Below, in pieces: positions 10,893 through 23,686 of a stretch of 64,000 nucleotides of DNA. The stretch comes from Oopsacas minuta. Its lineage: Eukaryota > Animalia > Porifera. The notes beneath the pieces are model-generated. The model saw only the letters and a program-made list of their open reading frames with translations, had not been told where the DNA came from and searched no databases. Position 1 is the first letter of the stretch; each line of letters begins with the position of its first letter. The DNA lies in the NCBI GenBank assembly GCA_024704765.1, contig JAKMXF010000316.1:1-64000 (forward strand), in the 5' to 3' direction. The position numbers were made by a program, and so were the translations under genes.

Positions 10893-13692
10893 CATTGGCG
10901 TAACAAACTTTAAATTTTGGGGGGCAATAAATCTTAGAATGCAAAATGATCTAGAACAATAAGTAATGAAGCTAGGATTACAAAAACTAGTATCTATTCC
11001 TAGTAGGTATCTAATCATCAAATCTAATATTAACTACAAGCATACTACTTCTTGACCATCTTTCGCATAACTTTTTCTACTATAAGAGGAGTTTCTTGAA
11101 GCTTCTTTGTTATATCTGTTTCAAAAGAGAGTAGTGATAAATTGCACAATCTTGTTGTCAACATACTCGCTCGATGTGAACTGTGGATTAGATTCACAGT
11201 AGAGAATAGACGTTCAACGCATATTGTTGTGACTGGACAAACTACAAGAATATTTAACAATTTTGAGATATTATCAAATATGTTAGGATTGCAAATAGAA
11301 GTCAGGTCCAGCAAAGTTGGTGTCTCTACGAGGGAACGTTGAGAAAATGCATTAAACATAATTGCTTCACTTTCGGGAATGATCATATTGAATCGTTGAG
11401 TCAATTCACTTTCGCAGTAATTATTTCTATTTGGTATATTATGAGTACAATGAAAAGAGCTCATACTATCTTCAGAAAATCGACGATCAATCTCTCCTAA
11501 TAAGTTGTCATCTAAATCGTGCCAAATAATTTTCAAATCTTCAACAGAACGAACGTCTGTCTTAGTATATCTAATATTACAATCAAAGTAATCATCAAAA
11601 CGTTGAGGAACATGTCGAACTCTTTCAGTTCTGGAATCTCAAGCTGTGATTTCGAATTTAAATGCAATTCATCTGTCAACTTGAAAACTTCAAAAAAATA
11701 TTCTTCACTTCTATACATAATTAGTAAGTCACGTAATCCATTAATAAATTCAACAACACTATCGAGTGCCAAAGAATGGCTCTGAAGAGTTTTTGTGCAG
11801 CATTCGGCTGCATCAAGTATCTTAGAAAGGGTGTTCAAAATGAATATAAATTTCTTGGAACGCAAATGATGTAAAAGAGGTTCTGCCTAGATTTGGATAT
11901 CTGGAATAGCTTCCAATTCTTCCAGTGCTTCAATAATGCTAGGGAAGAGGAGAGCAATTCTTTCTACTGTTAACGCATTAGATGACCACCTAATATCTAT
12001 CGGGCGAGGAAGTGAGACCAACTGCTTCCCCAAACGATGTCTTTCTGTGCTCGTTTTAAGATAGCGTTGCGTTTAGGGTATCTAAAAAAGGTCACAAGAT
12101 TATTTGTCAAACTAAAATCACCTTTAAATCTTCATCCTTAGTGGCAACATGCTGTAGTGAGAGATTTAGTCTGTGAGAGTGACAATGGACGTAACTAGCC
12201 CGAATATATGTGCGCCTTACTATTGCCTGTACACCACCTGTATTCCCAGACATAACTGATGCACCATCAAACCCAAATCCGACGCATTTATCTGGATCCA
12301 ATTCCAATTGTTCAAGTATTAACAAAATTGAATTTGAATTACCTTCCGCTGAAAGATCTGACGAACAATCGACAAAACCAACTGCCCTCTCATGAATATT
12401 ACCTTTATGGAGATAACGTAGGCAAACAGCTACTAACTCATTGCTACAAGAGTCTCTTGTCTCTTCTGCCAATATCCAATAATAGCTATCCATTAATTCT
12501 ATCTTAATTTCATGAACCAGAGCAATAGCAGCAGCTTGTAGGATATCATTTTGGATCTTGGGAGAGAGCATCTTGTATTTAGCATTTCTATAAGCCTTAG
12601 CGATATCTGGAGAATACTTTAAGATGAATTTATGCATTTCTAAAAAATTCCCCATATTATCACTACTATCTTTAGCACTTTGGGAATAATTTTCACAATG
12701 GCCACGTATTAATAGGTTTTGTTCTGCAAGGAATAATACAAGATCTATGACAAAGTGAAAATGTCGTGCATTCAATAGGAGTCCCTTAATTTCTTGATGA
12801 TGTATATCGCACATTTCGACAACACTGCCACCCAAAACAAGCTTCGTACACTTATAATCTTTGAACTTTATAATTGCGATGCTGTGGGAATTACTGCTAT
12901 CATGTTTGGATAACTTTTCTCCTAGCTTTTTCAATCATTACAACCAATTCCTAAAAAAGGTCCACAAATACTTCCACGATAATTGTTGACATCAAAATTT
13001 CGACATGGTTTGCAAAATACTCTGTCTACCTCCAAACTATATTCAAGCCAATCATATTTTCCCATCCATTGTAAGGAAAAGGAGCGTAGATGCCCACAAA
13101 CAAGGCGAGTGGGAAATATGAACGAATCTGGGATACTCAATCTATCTGCATCTACAGAAGACAAATCCCTTGCTTTTGATAGAGTATTTGAAGTAGAAGA
13201 AGTATCTAAGGTTGTAACAGCTTGGGGTTCACCATGAACTTCCATAGAGGTACATTGTTCTTCACCAACAAGGGAATCAACATTTTCAGATGGAGATTTG
13301 AAAAGATAATCTAAATTCATGCTAATAAAAGATAGAAATTGGAATAAATATTCACTGAATCAAAACGTTTCATTCTTTGGAAAGGTTATGTTATGCTATA
13401 AAAGCGAGCGCGCGATTTATAAATAAAACTAAGTAAATGCTATAGGCATATTAGAAATGAATGAAGGACTAGTAAAAAATCCATGACATTAGACTAGTTT
13501 GAAACTTTGAATGTGATGTTTATGGATGGAGAATATAGTAGTGACACATTTATCCAACAGATAATAATTTTAATGTTCCTATTTGTCATTACTATTCGCT
13601 TCGTGGAATAAATCATTTTCTAGAGATGGGGGGGGCAAGAATTGTAAAATGGGGGGCATGCTCCCTCCAGGCACTCCACAGGTACGCCTATG
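10893..13692 (-). mobile_element. hAT transposon (ZMYM1-like / DUF4371 / TTF-type zinc-finger group), fragmented transposase
   Basis: TIRs CATTGGCGTAAC / GTACGCCTATG. 8-bp TSD GCCAAATC (10885-10892) / GCCACATC (13693-13700). ORFs contain WLEYSLEVDRVFCKPCR, GFGFDGASVMSG...YVHCHSHRLNL, and PVTTICVERLFS (hAT dimerisation domain). Confidence 0.93.
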
Positions 13693-13999
13693 GCCACATC
13701 CCCAAGGTGTCCCGGTAAGTGGGAGTGTACTGTAGAACTAACAGATACGTTTTTTAGATCTTCAATATCCTCCCTTTGTAGCGCGTGGCCATTTTTCTCT
13801 AAGTTCAGTTTGAGGGTAATCTGAATACTGGTGTATATGGCTCCCCTAAATAATTACTCCCGCATCCAGGTGCAGAGCAAGTGTTGGCATCAAGGCTAAT
13901 CAGTGGTAAAATAGAATTGTTTAATGAGATAAAATATAAAATCCCAATTCACGAAAGGGTTTGAAGCATAATCTCGGTCTAATTATACATTTGTACCTA

Positions 14000-15333
14000 C
14001 TACGGGTGTTCAATAAGTTCTGATCACTACCCACAAAAGTACCCAAAAGTATGTTGTACACAAACAATCAGTGTTTAATTTTTTCGAAATACTCCCATCA
14101 TTATTTATATAGTATTGAAGACGCTCCAACCATTGTACAAAAATATTTTTATAGTCTTTCGGTGGTATCCGTTTGAGATACTGGAAAATCGCCGATGCCA
14201 GTTCTTCGCTGTTGCTAAAATGACGACCAGAGAGGTATTCCTTAAGCTTAGGGAAGAGATAGAAATCACAAGGAGCTAGATCTGGGCTGTAGGGTGGATG
14301 TTCAAGCTCAATCATCCCCTTCCTTAAGATTTTTTCTTTAACTTGCTTGGTTTTGTGAGGATGGGAATTATCATGTAATAATCTCAACCCTTTAGTACCA
14401 ATCCTTTTTCTCCTCTTCAACAAGCTTTCTTCCACTGCACTAAGATAATTACTAGTGTAGAAGCTTCCAGGAACAGTTTGTCCCTTTGGAATTATCACCT
14501 GGGCCACTGGGCCATGTGCATCAAAATATGCAATACATGATCCTCGATGATCTGAAATCTGCACGCGGTATCATAGGAGGGTCCGAGTGTTTTCCTATCC
14601 ACGCCTTATTTGCCTGTTTTGAAAAAAGGTGTGTTTTACTGAACCCATGTCTCATCATCAGTCACTATCTCAAATAATCTTCGCGGGTCCCATTCTTTGT
14701 AGGATTAACGAGATTATGACAACATCTCACCCTCGTCTTTTTCTGGGCCTTTGTAAGTAAATGTGGGACCCATCTGGCACAAACCTTCGTTAACTTGAGC
14801 TGTTATCTTAAAATGTGGTCTACACTTCCCATCGAGCTGCCAACACTATTAGAAAGTTCCCTGATAGTTACATGTGGGTCTAAGTCTATCAGTTTCTTGA
14901 TAGCGCACGATTTAATTGGAGATGCAGCCGTAATTGGTGCTCCAGCCAGAGGGTCATCTTCGATAGACTTTCTTCCCAGTCTGAAACGCTGAGCCCATCT
15001 TCTGATTCCTGCATAAGACAGAGCACCTTTCGTAGTATAGACTTGAACCAAATCAAGATGTATCTCGTGTGCAGATTTCCCGAGGAGAGTACGAATCTTG
15101 ACATAAGCTCTTTGCTCGATTTTAGAATTCTTGCCAAGTGATGTCATAAAAGTATAGTATAAAAAACACCTGTTGTAAATTTGATATAACTTGTTGAGTT
15201 TTTAAGCGATAATGAAAACCAATACTAGCTTGTAGACAGAGGATTAAGTATTCATATTCAAATATCAATATATTATTGTCGTGTATAAATCCCCACAGTA
15301 ACACAATGATCAGAATTTATTGAACTCCCGTAG
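14000..15333 (-). mobile_element. mariner (DD34D) element, full length with both TIRs, transposase disrupted
   Basis: TA|CTACGGGTGTTCAATAAGTTCTGATCAC ... ATGATCAGAATTTATTGAACTCCCGTAG|TA. ORF 14803..15147 has the HTH. ORF 14010..14564 has HDNSHPH...HPPYSPDLAPCDFYLFP, with 34 residues between the Asp residues. Confidence 0.95.
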
Positions 15334-15564
15334 TATATAGGAGAAGTGATTAAAACAGAATTTCAGCAATTCAGATAATGTCAATTTTGCATGTTACAAT
15401 TATGAGTGAATTACAAAATGGATTATAAGTAATCCATGGTAGGTAATTCTATGCACAATAGTCAGGCCTTATGTTACTTAGGTCACGCTTGAAGAAATAA
15501 TGAGTAGCAGAAATACAGCAGAAATCTCACGCCTGAATCAATACCTCTACAGAATCTCGTGATA

Positions 15565-16032
15565 CAGTGGAAGCCGCTTAATCGGTACTCGGATAATCGA
15601 GATATCCGCTTAAACGGGACAAAAGTTGGGGAACAGATTTTTTACAAAGAAAACTCGTCGGATAATTGGATCATCGAATCAGGTAATCGGGATTTTTTAT
15701 CCCGATTAACTGAAAATTGCATGTTCCTATTCGGTTCAATTGGGATTTCTTATCCCGATTAACCGATTATATGAAGTGCCTAATCGGTTAATCGGGATGG
15801 AAATCCCAATTAATCCAAATTGCATATTTATTTATAATCATTGTAGTGTGGTTTGGTTTTAAAACTGGGAATTTTAATATTCTACAATCAACAACACCAA
15901 TTCGATACAATTTACAAAAATAAGATGATAACTTTGCTCACCGCCTCAGGTTGGATTCCCTATTCTACCATGCATAAATTACCTCAATAATCCAGACTCT
16001 TGGTTATCCAAACGTTTTGAATGGTCCTAAGG
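15565..16032. mobile_element. Tigger/pogo-type MITE remnant, right end lost
   Basis: TA|CAGTGGAAGCCGCTTAATCGG terminus with repeated GATAATCG/TTAATCGGG subterminal motifs and an internal hairpin at 15738-15811. Confidence 0.55.
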
Positions 16033-18369
16033 CAGGGGTTTTCAACCTTTTTCTGACAACGACCCACTTCCCAACATTTAAAGCGTTCGCACCCCACCCG
16101 ATGAAGGCATAACCAAAACGTAAATTTCAAAATGTATGTACTTAACTCGTATATATTATTCTAATCTAAATTTACTACATCCACAATACTAATAATTATC
16201 ACACATGATTATTTAATGTGATTTTTGATGTTCTTTTTCATCAACTAGCTTATGAATTCTAGATTGTGTTATTGCTAAGCAGCAGCGTAGATCTGGTTCG
16301 AAATCAAGTCTATTTCTAGCCTTAGTTTTGATTACTAGCATGCTAGAAAACACCGCTTCACACAAATAAGTTGATGGAAATGGCATGAGTAACTTCAGGG
16401 CAATCTGTGATACTATTGGATAACTTCCAAGCACAGAACTCCAAAAAGATGGCAAATCAACTCTTGAAAATAGTGTTTGTGCTCCTGAATCGTTTACAAG
16501 TTTGATGGAATCCTCCTGTCTGCATCGTGATTATCAGGAATGCAGTCATCTATTTTGGCCAGAAAAGGATTTCGAACAAAATTAAATTTGGATTTTGTTG
16601 TTTCTGGAAAGTATCTAGAGAATTCATCTTTAAGTGATTGCAAATGCGTTGTATTGTCATTTTGTAAAGCTTCGCTAATACAAATTTCGCAATCTTCAAC
16701 ATAGCTACAGAGGTGAGAAAACATCGTAATCCTCCACTATTTATCTTGTTTCTCCAGAGGTCAAGCATTGCTTGAAAGGCAGAAAGCTTGTCTACATAAT
16801 CCATAATTTTACAATCTTTACCTTACAATGAGAGGTTCAGAGTATTGAGTCTTTCAAAAATATCGCAAAGATAACAAAGTCTAGTAATCCATTCGTGATT
16901 TTCGAATAAATCATGCCAATGTGTCCGCTTTTGGAGTTTTAAAAATTCTGTTGTTTCTTCCTTGAGGTCTAGAACACTTTTCAAAACATTACCCTTTGAA
17001 AGCCATCTAACTTCAGTGTGATATAACAGATTCATATGCGCAGCATCCATATCTAACAAAGATTTCTGAAGAGACGAGTGTTGAGTGCGCTATTTTTAGC
17101 GAAATTGACTATTTTAATTACCTCCTGCAAGATAACATTTAGCGAGGTTGGCAAAGTCTTCGCTGCAAGGGCTTCTCGGTGAATCATACAGTGATTTGTC
17201 ATCACATCTGGGACAAACTGTCTAACGCGTGTCTGGAACCTAGAATGGCTTCCCAACATAGAAGGTGCGCCATCTGTGCAAACACCCCCAACTTTATTCC
17301 AATCGAGACCTTCTTTTACAAAAACGGTGTCTACTTTGTTGAAAGCATCAATTCCACGTGTTTGAGAATCAAGTGGCTGACAAAACAGGAACTCTTCATT
17401 GAAGTTAAAATTGTGGATATAACGTACATATATCATCAGCTGAGCACAAGAGGAAACATCAGTTGACTCATCTAATTGCAAAACCAAGATGGGAGACTGT
17501 TTGATTTGCTCCACAACCGGGTTCTCAATATCCTCTGACATTTCTTGAATTCTGCGCTGAACAGTGTTATCTAAAATTGACAGCGAACTTAGTTTTTTAC
17601 TGCATCTGCCCCAATCATTATGCGCACAATGTCTTTCGTGCAGGGCAAAACTAGCTCTTCACCAATAGTATGAGGTTTCTTAGATTTGGAAATGCGTAGT
17701 GACACAACATATGATGCTTCAACTGCGGCTCTTATAGTGATAGCTGTCTGTCCTGTCGTATCAAGTCTAGATTTCTTGACAGATTGAGATTGTCTTTGGG
17801 AGAAAGAAACATCTCGGTCATTATATGTTGGATGTTCTTTCTCAAAATGTCTTTTAAGCTCAAACGGCTTCATAGACTCTGCAGATAATACTTTCAGACA
17901 TATCACGCATTGTGGTTTTTCAATACCTTCAATTACTATACTTGTAAATCCAAATTTCAGATAATCATCTGAGTAAGCACGCTTCGGAGCACGTTTAGTT
18001 GCCATTTAAGTAAAAATACGATTAGAAGGACTTGTTAAAGTTGAAAGGCCTAGAAATGTCTTTATATAATCCTTTGTTGTACATACAAGCCTGGACTTCA
18101 TAGGTTATTTAATAAAATATTACACTTCAATATTGGAATACATACAATTCGTGACATGTCCCGAATTGTATGTATTCCTTCAAGATTCTATTTATTCTAT
18201 GTTATTTCATAATCAATACAATGTCATATAAGGACAATAGGGTTTCTAATTACGCAATGCGACACTAACCACAAATTAATTTTAATAGAATCACTGAAAT
18301 TCAGTAAAAATTCCTACCTTCCACGACCCACTGAAAAAGCTCTCGCGAACCACTGGTTGAAAACCCCTG
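16033..18369 (-). mobile_element. hAT Buster/Charlie-type transposon (ZBED5/SCAND3/FAM200-like transposase), fragmented
   Basis: TIRs CAGGGGTTTTCAACC / GGTTGAAAACCCCTG. ORFs contain YLKFGFT...KPQCVICLKVLSAESMKP, LQLDESTDVSSCAQL, CTDGAPSMLG, HTEVRWLSKG and PFPSTYLCEAVFS. Confidence 0.95.
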
Positions 18370-20639
18370 CTCTACAGCCATAAATCATCATGTTTCTAGG
18401 TTAGAGTAGCCCTTTTGTGGATCATGTCTGTACTAATCACGAACAATGAGGCATATAGTTTGTATATAATTCGAATGGAAGAAGTGTTACAGTCTCTGTT
18501 AGGAAACTTATTGAGAACAACCATTTATCCGATGAAGAAACTGCTACTCTCCATTTAAAATTTAAATCACTTCTAACATCCAGAGAGGCTTATCCCAGGA
18601 AGGATCTTGAAACATGGGATAACATGATTTTCCACTCTACTCATCTAACAATATCCAATCCGAGAAAGAGAATATCGCTTGATCCTGAATTTTTTTAGTC
18701 ACTGATTATGAAAATCGAAACTTTTCAGAACAGATTGTAACTGAATCCCGGAAGCATATTCTCGAATGTCACATGAAGACTTCCAGATCAAGACTTGGTG
18801 TTCTTTTAGAGCATGTGGACTCTTTAGCAGAGAGAGAAAAGATTAAGCCTAAACAACTACTCGCTCTAGCTTTAGAATTAGTCTAAAATAAATCCTATTA
18901 CCGTGATACTTCAGAAATGTGCAGAGAAATAATCAATAAGGGATCTTTAGCGGTGTATTGAACATCGTTCAAATCTCTAAATGTGCTTATATATTGGAGC
19001 GAGTAAATACACGAATCTGAAAAGGATTCTCAAATGTGATGTTAAGCTTCCTTCCTATAAGCTTGTCTCGCAATATCGTAAGGAAATAAGCCTAATAAGT
19101 AAATGGAAATTGTCAGAGACCCCGAAGCATTGTTAATTGGGACTTGCGTCTCTCATCATTCCATCCTTAGTCTGACCATTCAACGCTTGCTTTCAACATT
19201 AGACTCAGTTCCTGATTCACACTACCCACTCAAAATTAAGATATCTGATGGATTGGATGGCTCCGGTTGTTATCAAACCTATAACCAACAAAGCAACAAT
19301 TCTGTATTAAACACAAAAACTTTCATTTTGTTCGGATTCAAAGTAATATCAATTACAGACACACTTGGAAATGATGTGTTCTATAACAGCTCACCCAACT
19401 CTCCATTCTGTTGAGGCCAGTAGCACTGATAGCTCTGAAAGAAGAATATTCTAATGTAAAGCTTATCATGATACAATAGTTAATCCTCAAACAGACATAT
19501 CATACAGGATGGGTTATCTCTTACTGGAGGCCATGCACAGGTCAAGATAGTCCGTTCCCTTTTTGATACCAAGATGGTAGGATTGCTGGAAGGAGCTGGT
19601 GTGGCTTCTTGCCATCTGTGTACTGCAACTGATAGCCAAATTAAAAGTTTAGAATGGCCCGTTCTGGTTTCCCTATTAACAGATTAATTAGCGACGCTCG
19701 GCAACTTTTTGAAGAGTTGATGAAGAAGATTACTTGAAACTCCCATCAAATCAACGTGTTGGTATTACGATATCCCTTCAAGCCAGGGCAGCACTTCAAC
19801 CACTAGTAACATTGGGCGAGACTGCTTTTAAATAAGAGAGACTTTTACACGTGGGTCACTTATTCCATTAATCCATCAGATAAAATATCATTAGGGAAGA
19901 TTCAGACGAATCTATCTGTTTTGTTAAGACTCCTCAACAGTGATGACTCGATTAACTGTGACAAAATGCAAGAATTGTGCAAAGAAATGTCAAAATTTAT
20001 TCTAGTTGAGTACCCATGGGCAAGCATCACTCCATCCTTGCACAAGTTACTTGCCCATTCGTTTCAGTTAATAGGTGCTTACATTAATGGTAAGGGATGA
20101 TAGAATCTCCCTGAGGAATGTTTAGAATCCTGCAATAAATTTATAAGGCGGTATCGGGAGAATCTTGCAAGAAAACTTCTTTCACAGATAATGTTAGAGA
20201 CATCTTAGTCAGGTTGATATATTGTAGTGACCCCATCTTAGTACAGAATCGTTTTAACAGGCAAAGAAGAAAAGAGACATTCAAATAGCCTCCAAGAAAT
20301 ATTATATAATAGTATACTGTCAGATGATTTATGATATTAAGTATATCCAATAGTCATACATAATTAAGGGCCTTTAAATTCTACGTTATCAAATAGCAGA
20401 ATAGAGACCATGACATGCATGTATTATCAACTTCATCATCTCCTCACTAATGAACCACAAGTGTTAAAAATTAGAAAATGTCAGTAATTACGTCATAACT
20501 ATGTTTATAGTCGTGCTACTAAAAAATCATTGGTATTTTTGAAATCTACAGTGTCGATTTAGTATATGTAAGTATAATTGTGGTGATATTACAGATTCAT
20601 TTACCTATTTCCCCATTATGGCCATTTTGCCACACTGTG
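18370..20639 (+). mobile_element. Transib/RAG1-like transposon, copy 1: 5'-truncated, internally deleted, intact 3' end
   Basis: ORF 19103..19414 contains KISDGLDGSGCYQTYNQ. The region is colinear with the minus-strand copy at 59950-62440. The 3' end ...CCTATTTCCCCATTATGGCCATTTTGCCACACTGTG is identical to the copy 2 3' TIR. Confidence 0.9.
20604..20639 (-). repeat. 3' TIR of RAG1-like copy 1: CACAGTG + 18 bp + GGGGAAATAGG
   Basis: Read directly from the sequence; identical to 59950-59985. Confidence 0.92.
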
Positions 20640-21949
20640 TACTATCCTGTTTAGCCTTTAAGAGATGAAACTCTCCAGATTCGTAACTTATATTGGTTAC
20701 AATATCAACCTTAGAACATATTTCTAAAGACTGGTTGGTGGTTCCTCAATTTCAACATGACAAATATTCTTGTGGGCCTGAGTAAGTTGCTCATTAACTA
20801 AATTTTGAATTCGATCTCGATATTCACCATATTTAAGCCATAAAGCATTAATACCATTAGAGTAAATTCCTCTCTTTGTTCGATTACCCAACCAATGAAA
20901 TCAGTCATGATCTCTCCACTTAAACACACATACTTCTTACCAAACATTTGATACTAAAAAATGGCCATGTTTAGGTTGTGCTGATACTAGCCACAAAACT
21001 AATAGTGGACTATACCCCAAAAAGCTTTAACCATAAATACTTAAGATACAACTTGTGAAAGTATTACACTCATCAATGTAGAAATTTTCAGTGAATAGCA
21101 ATAATCCAGAAACTTTTTGAAACAAAGACAAACCGTAAAACTTAGCGCCATCTATCCACAACTGAGATTCAGATGTATTAAACAGCTAATACATAATATG
21201 ACCTCCACTTAATGGCCTAAGAGTTTTGGTATCGGAATCTCTCCTCAATCGGCATACCCAGCTAAATCGGAGGCTGAAGATGTCCACAATAAGAAGCATG
21301 TCGTCTCGTATATATAATTCAAGATCCAGTAATTTAGGTTACTAAATGAGGAAACTGAATAGAACACTCAGCTACACTTACATACATCTTTAATGATAGT
21401 AAACGAAAAATACATATGCTCTCATGGGAATACCTAGCTTTGTAACCTTAACAAGTTTATTATAAGAGTAGACCACACTAATGGTTCACCAAAATGAAGT
21501 AGGCATGTTAGCGCTGATAGACAGCTTGTGAAGCAAAGCATTAAAAGACTGAAATGTGGAGACAATTAAGTTTAGCATGAGACAATACAAGCAAGAAGAC
21601 TAGTAAACAATAAGGAAGTAGCCGAAGAAGCGAAGAGCAAATCAGAAGAAGAACCGGAATTATTTGTTTTACTGAGAGAGTACAAGCCAATGCGAGCACA
21701 CCATAAATCAATACGAAATATATATGGCAAAAACGATAATGCAGCTAGTCAAGAAAAACAAAGAGAAGAAAGCGCAAAAAGCCAAAGTAAAACAATAAAC
21801 AGGAATCAGAAATAATGAAGTATGATTCAATATGGATTAAGTGGATATATGAATAATTTGTCAAAATGTATATTTCATTCTGATGGAAAAAAATTGCAAT
21901 TTCTGTATTTAGCGCCTTCGTGATTCGTTTGTTGTAGCAACATTAAAAT

Positions 21950-22550
21950 GTTAACCAAGAGAAGAGTTATAAGATGTGTTACTTTACGCGATAAATAAAA
22001 GTTAATGATATAATATAAAAGAAGGAGCCTGTAAAGTTCCAGGCGATTCTGGGAATGAATTAATTTTGAAATATAACTCTAAACTGTAATTTCGAAAATA
22101 CTTAAAGCACTACAATTATGCCATTTTAGAACACCATTGTGACTGTATCTCTCAGAATTTTATGATTATGGTAACATTATAGTAAACGTCCATGTCTCAG
22201 CTATCGCATGTCATCACAATATAACAGTTGGAGTTCGATTTTGGATATCAAATATCAATTTGAACTGACACTACTTTTGTAAAATGATACTCACCTTCCA
22301 ATATAATTCTGACTTCAACTTTGAATACTTGTATCTCTCGAGTTTCAGGGATTTTTGGATAAAATTTAATTGACATAAACGTCCATGGGTCACAAATATA
22401 TACACAAAAATTCGGATTCGATTTCTCACTTTTAGGTAGTCTTTTTTAATAGAGAAGCGAGCATACTCGTCATGGCAAAATAGATAGGTAAAAGTCAAAA
22501 AATATTCAAGATAATTATATTTATTAAGGAGTCTTGCTGCGAGATTTTGG
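21950..22550 (+). repeat. Dispersed ~600-bp repeat, second copy at ~56830-57545
   Basis: Long near-identical runs in both copies, e.g. GCACTACAATTATGCCATTTTAGAACACCATTGTGACTGTATCTCTCAGAATT and TAGGTAGTCTTTTTTAATAGAGAAGCGAGCATACTCGTCATGGC. Confidence 0.9.
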
Positions 22551-23609
22551 TCATTTTTAGCCAAATTTGTTTTAACTCGTTATAGCATTTTAACATTGGA
22601 GCAATTATTTTACATAATTGCTAATCAAGCAAGGAGATTACGTCGTTTCGGTCCGGAAATATTTTGTATATAGAGAATCTGTGTATTGTAATCATAAATA
22701 GATTTATTCGGGTCAAAGTGTACCATTTTAATTTCATCACTTCAAATAGGATTTCCAATGGGAATATTCAGTTATTCAATTAGTCCATGGTCCAAATTTT
22801 TCAGTGACCGCCATTCCCTTAGTCTTAGTGTATAGAATGCTATGATTTGAATATTACCATAAATGCGTATGCGCTAGATTACGTCATAATAAGATGGGAT
22901 ATCATCTCAAAATATATTACAAGGGTCTCGAAATTCGGGTATATAATATTTGAGGAAAGTTGATCTGTGCATGTTGAAAAGAATATTGACGGAAATGTGC
23001 GATTCATGGTCACTGCGAAATCTGAGGAAAGTGACAACTTAGTAATTGCAAAATTATACAATTTTCATCACAACTTCTCGAAATGACTGCAAAATTGAGA
23101 AATCGAAAATAACCTAGTTGACCTTTACAGAGTTTGGAGAGAACAGTGACCATTACGGTATCATATGACGTCATTTCTACCTAAAAATGTCAGCTGACGT
23201 AGATTGTGTATATAACTACATACGACCAAAGCGTGTCGCGAGTGTACCATTATGTAATTAGAGAAGCTAATAAGATATTAATGTATTTCTAGTCCGAAAT
23301 ATTTAACCACCATTGCCTTGTGTATAGAAGGATATGGCTCAACTATCTTATGCGGCGAAAGGCTTCACACAATCCTAATGCACCTGGCCTGATGTGGACT
23401 CACTGCATTACAAATTCGCACCTTTCTATTGATTTTGAACTGAAAGATAACAGAAAATACCAAAAAATGTTTGTAACAATCCAATTTTACTACAGATCTA
23501 GGTCTAATACTATATTACGCATGTTGGTCCCCATTCCATCGTTTGCAAAGTTTCGAAAAAAGTTATTCCAGATTCTATAGTGTTGTTTCAATACATTCGC
23601 TAACTCGAA

Positions 23610-23661
23610 CGTAGTATTTTGCAATCGGGACAGTGGTGTCCCGGATTAGCGAGGGATACTG
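23610..23661. mobile_element. Isolated Tigger/pogo-like terminus
   Basis: GGGACAGTGGTGTCCCGGATTAGCGAGGGATACTG resembles the TIR style of the Tigger elements in this window. No partner end found. Confidence 0.4.
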
Positions 23662-23686
23662 TGTATAAATATATTTTAGAAAATGT

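Larger units (their letters stand above)
8982..13732 (+). mobile_element. Tigger/pogo (CENP-B-type) DNA transposon, copy 1, with a hAT element inserted near its right end
   Basis: TA|CAGTACACTCCCGCTGACCGGGACACC ... GGTGTCCCGGTAAGTGGGAGTGTACTG|TA. Near-identical to 54588-56514 apart from the insertion. Confidence 0.95.

Noticed and set aside
21575-21820. Purine-rich open frame (…EVAEEAKSKSEEE…) after a possible splice acceptor
   Set aside because: Low complexity, no start codon or partner exon identified.
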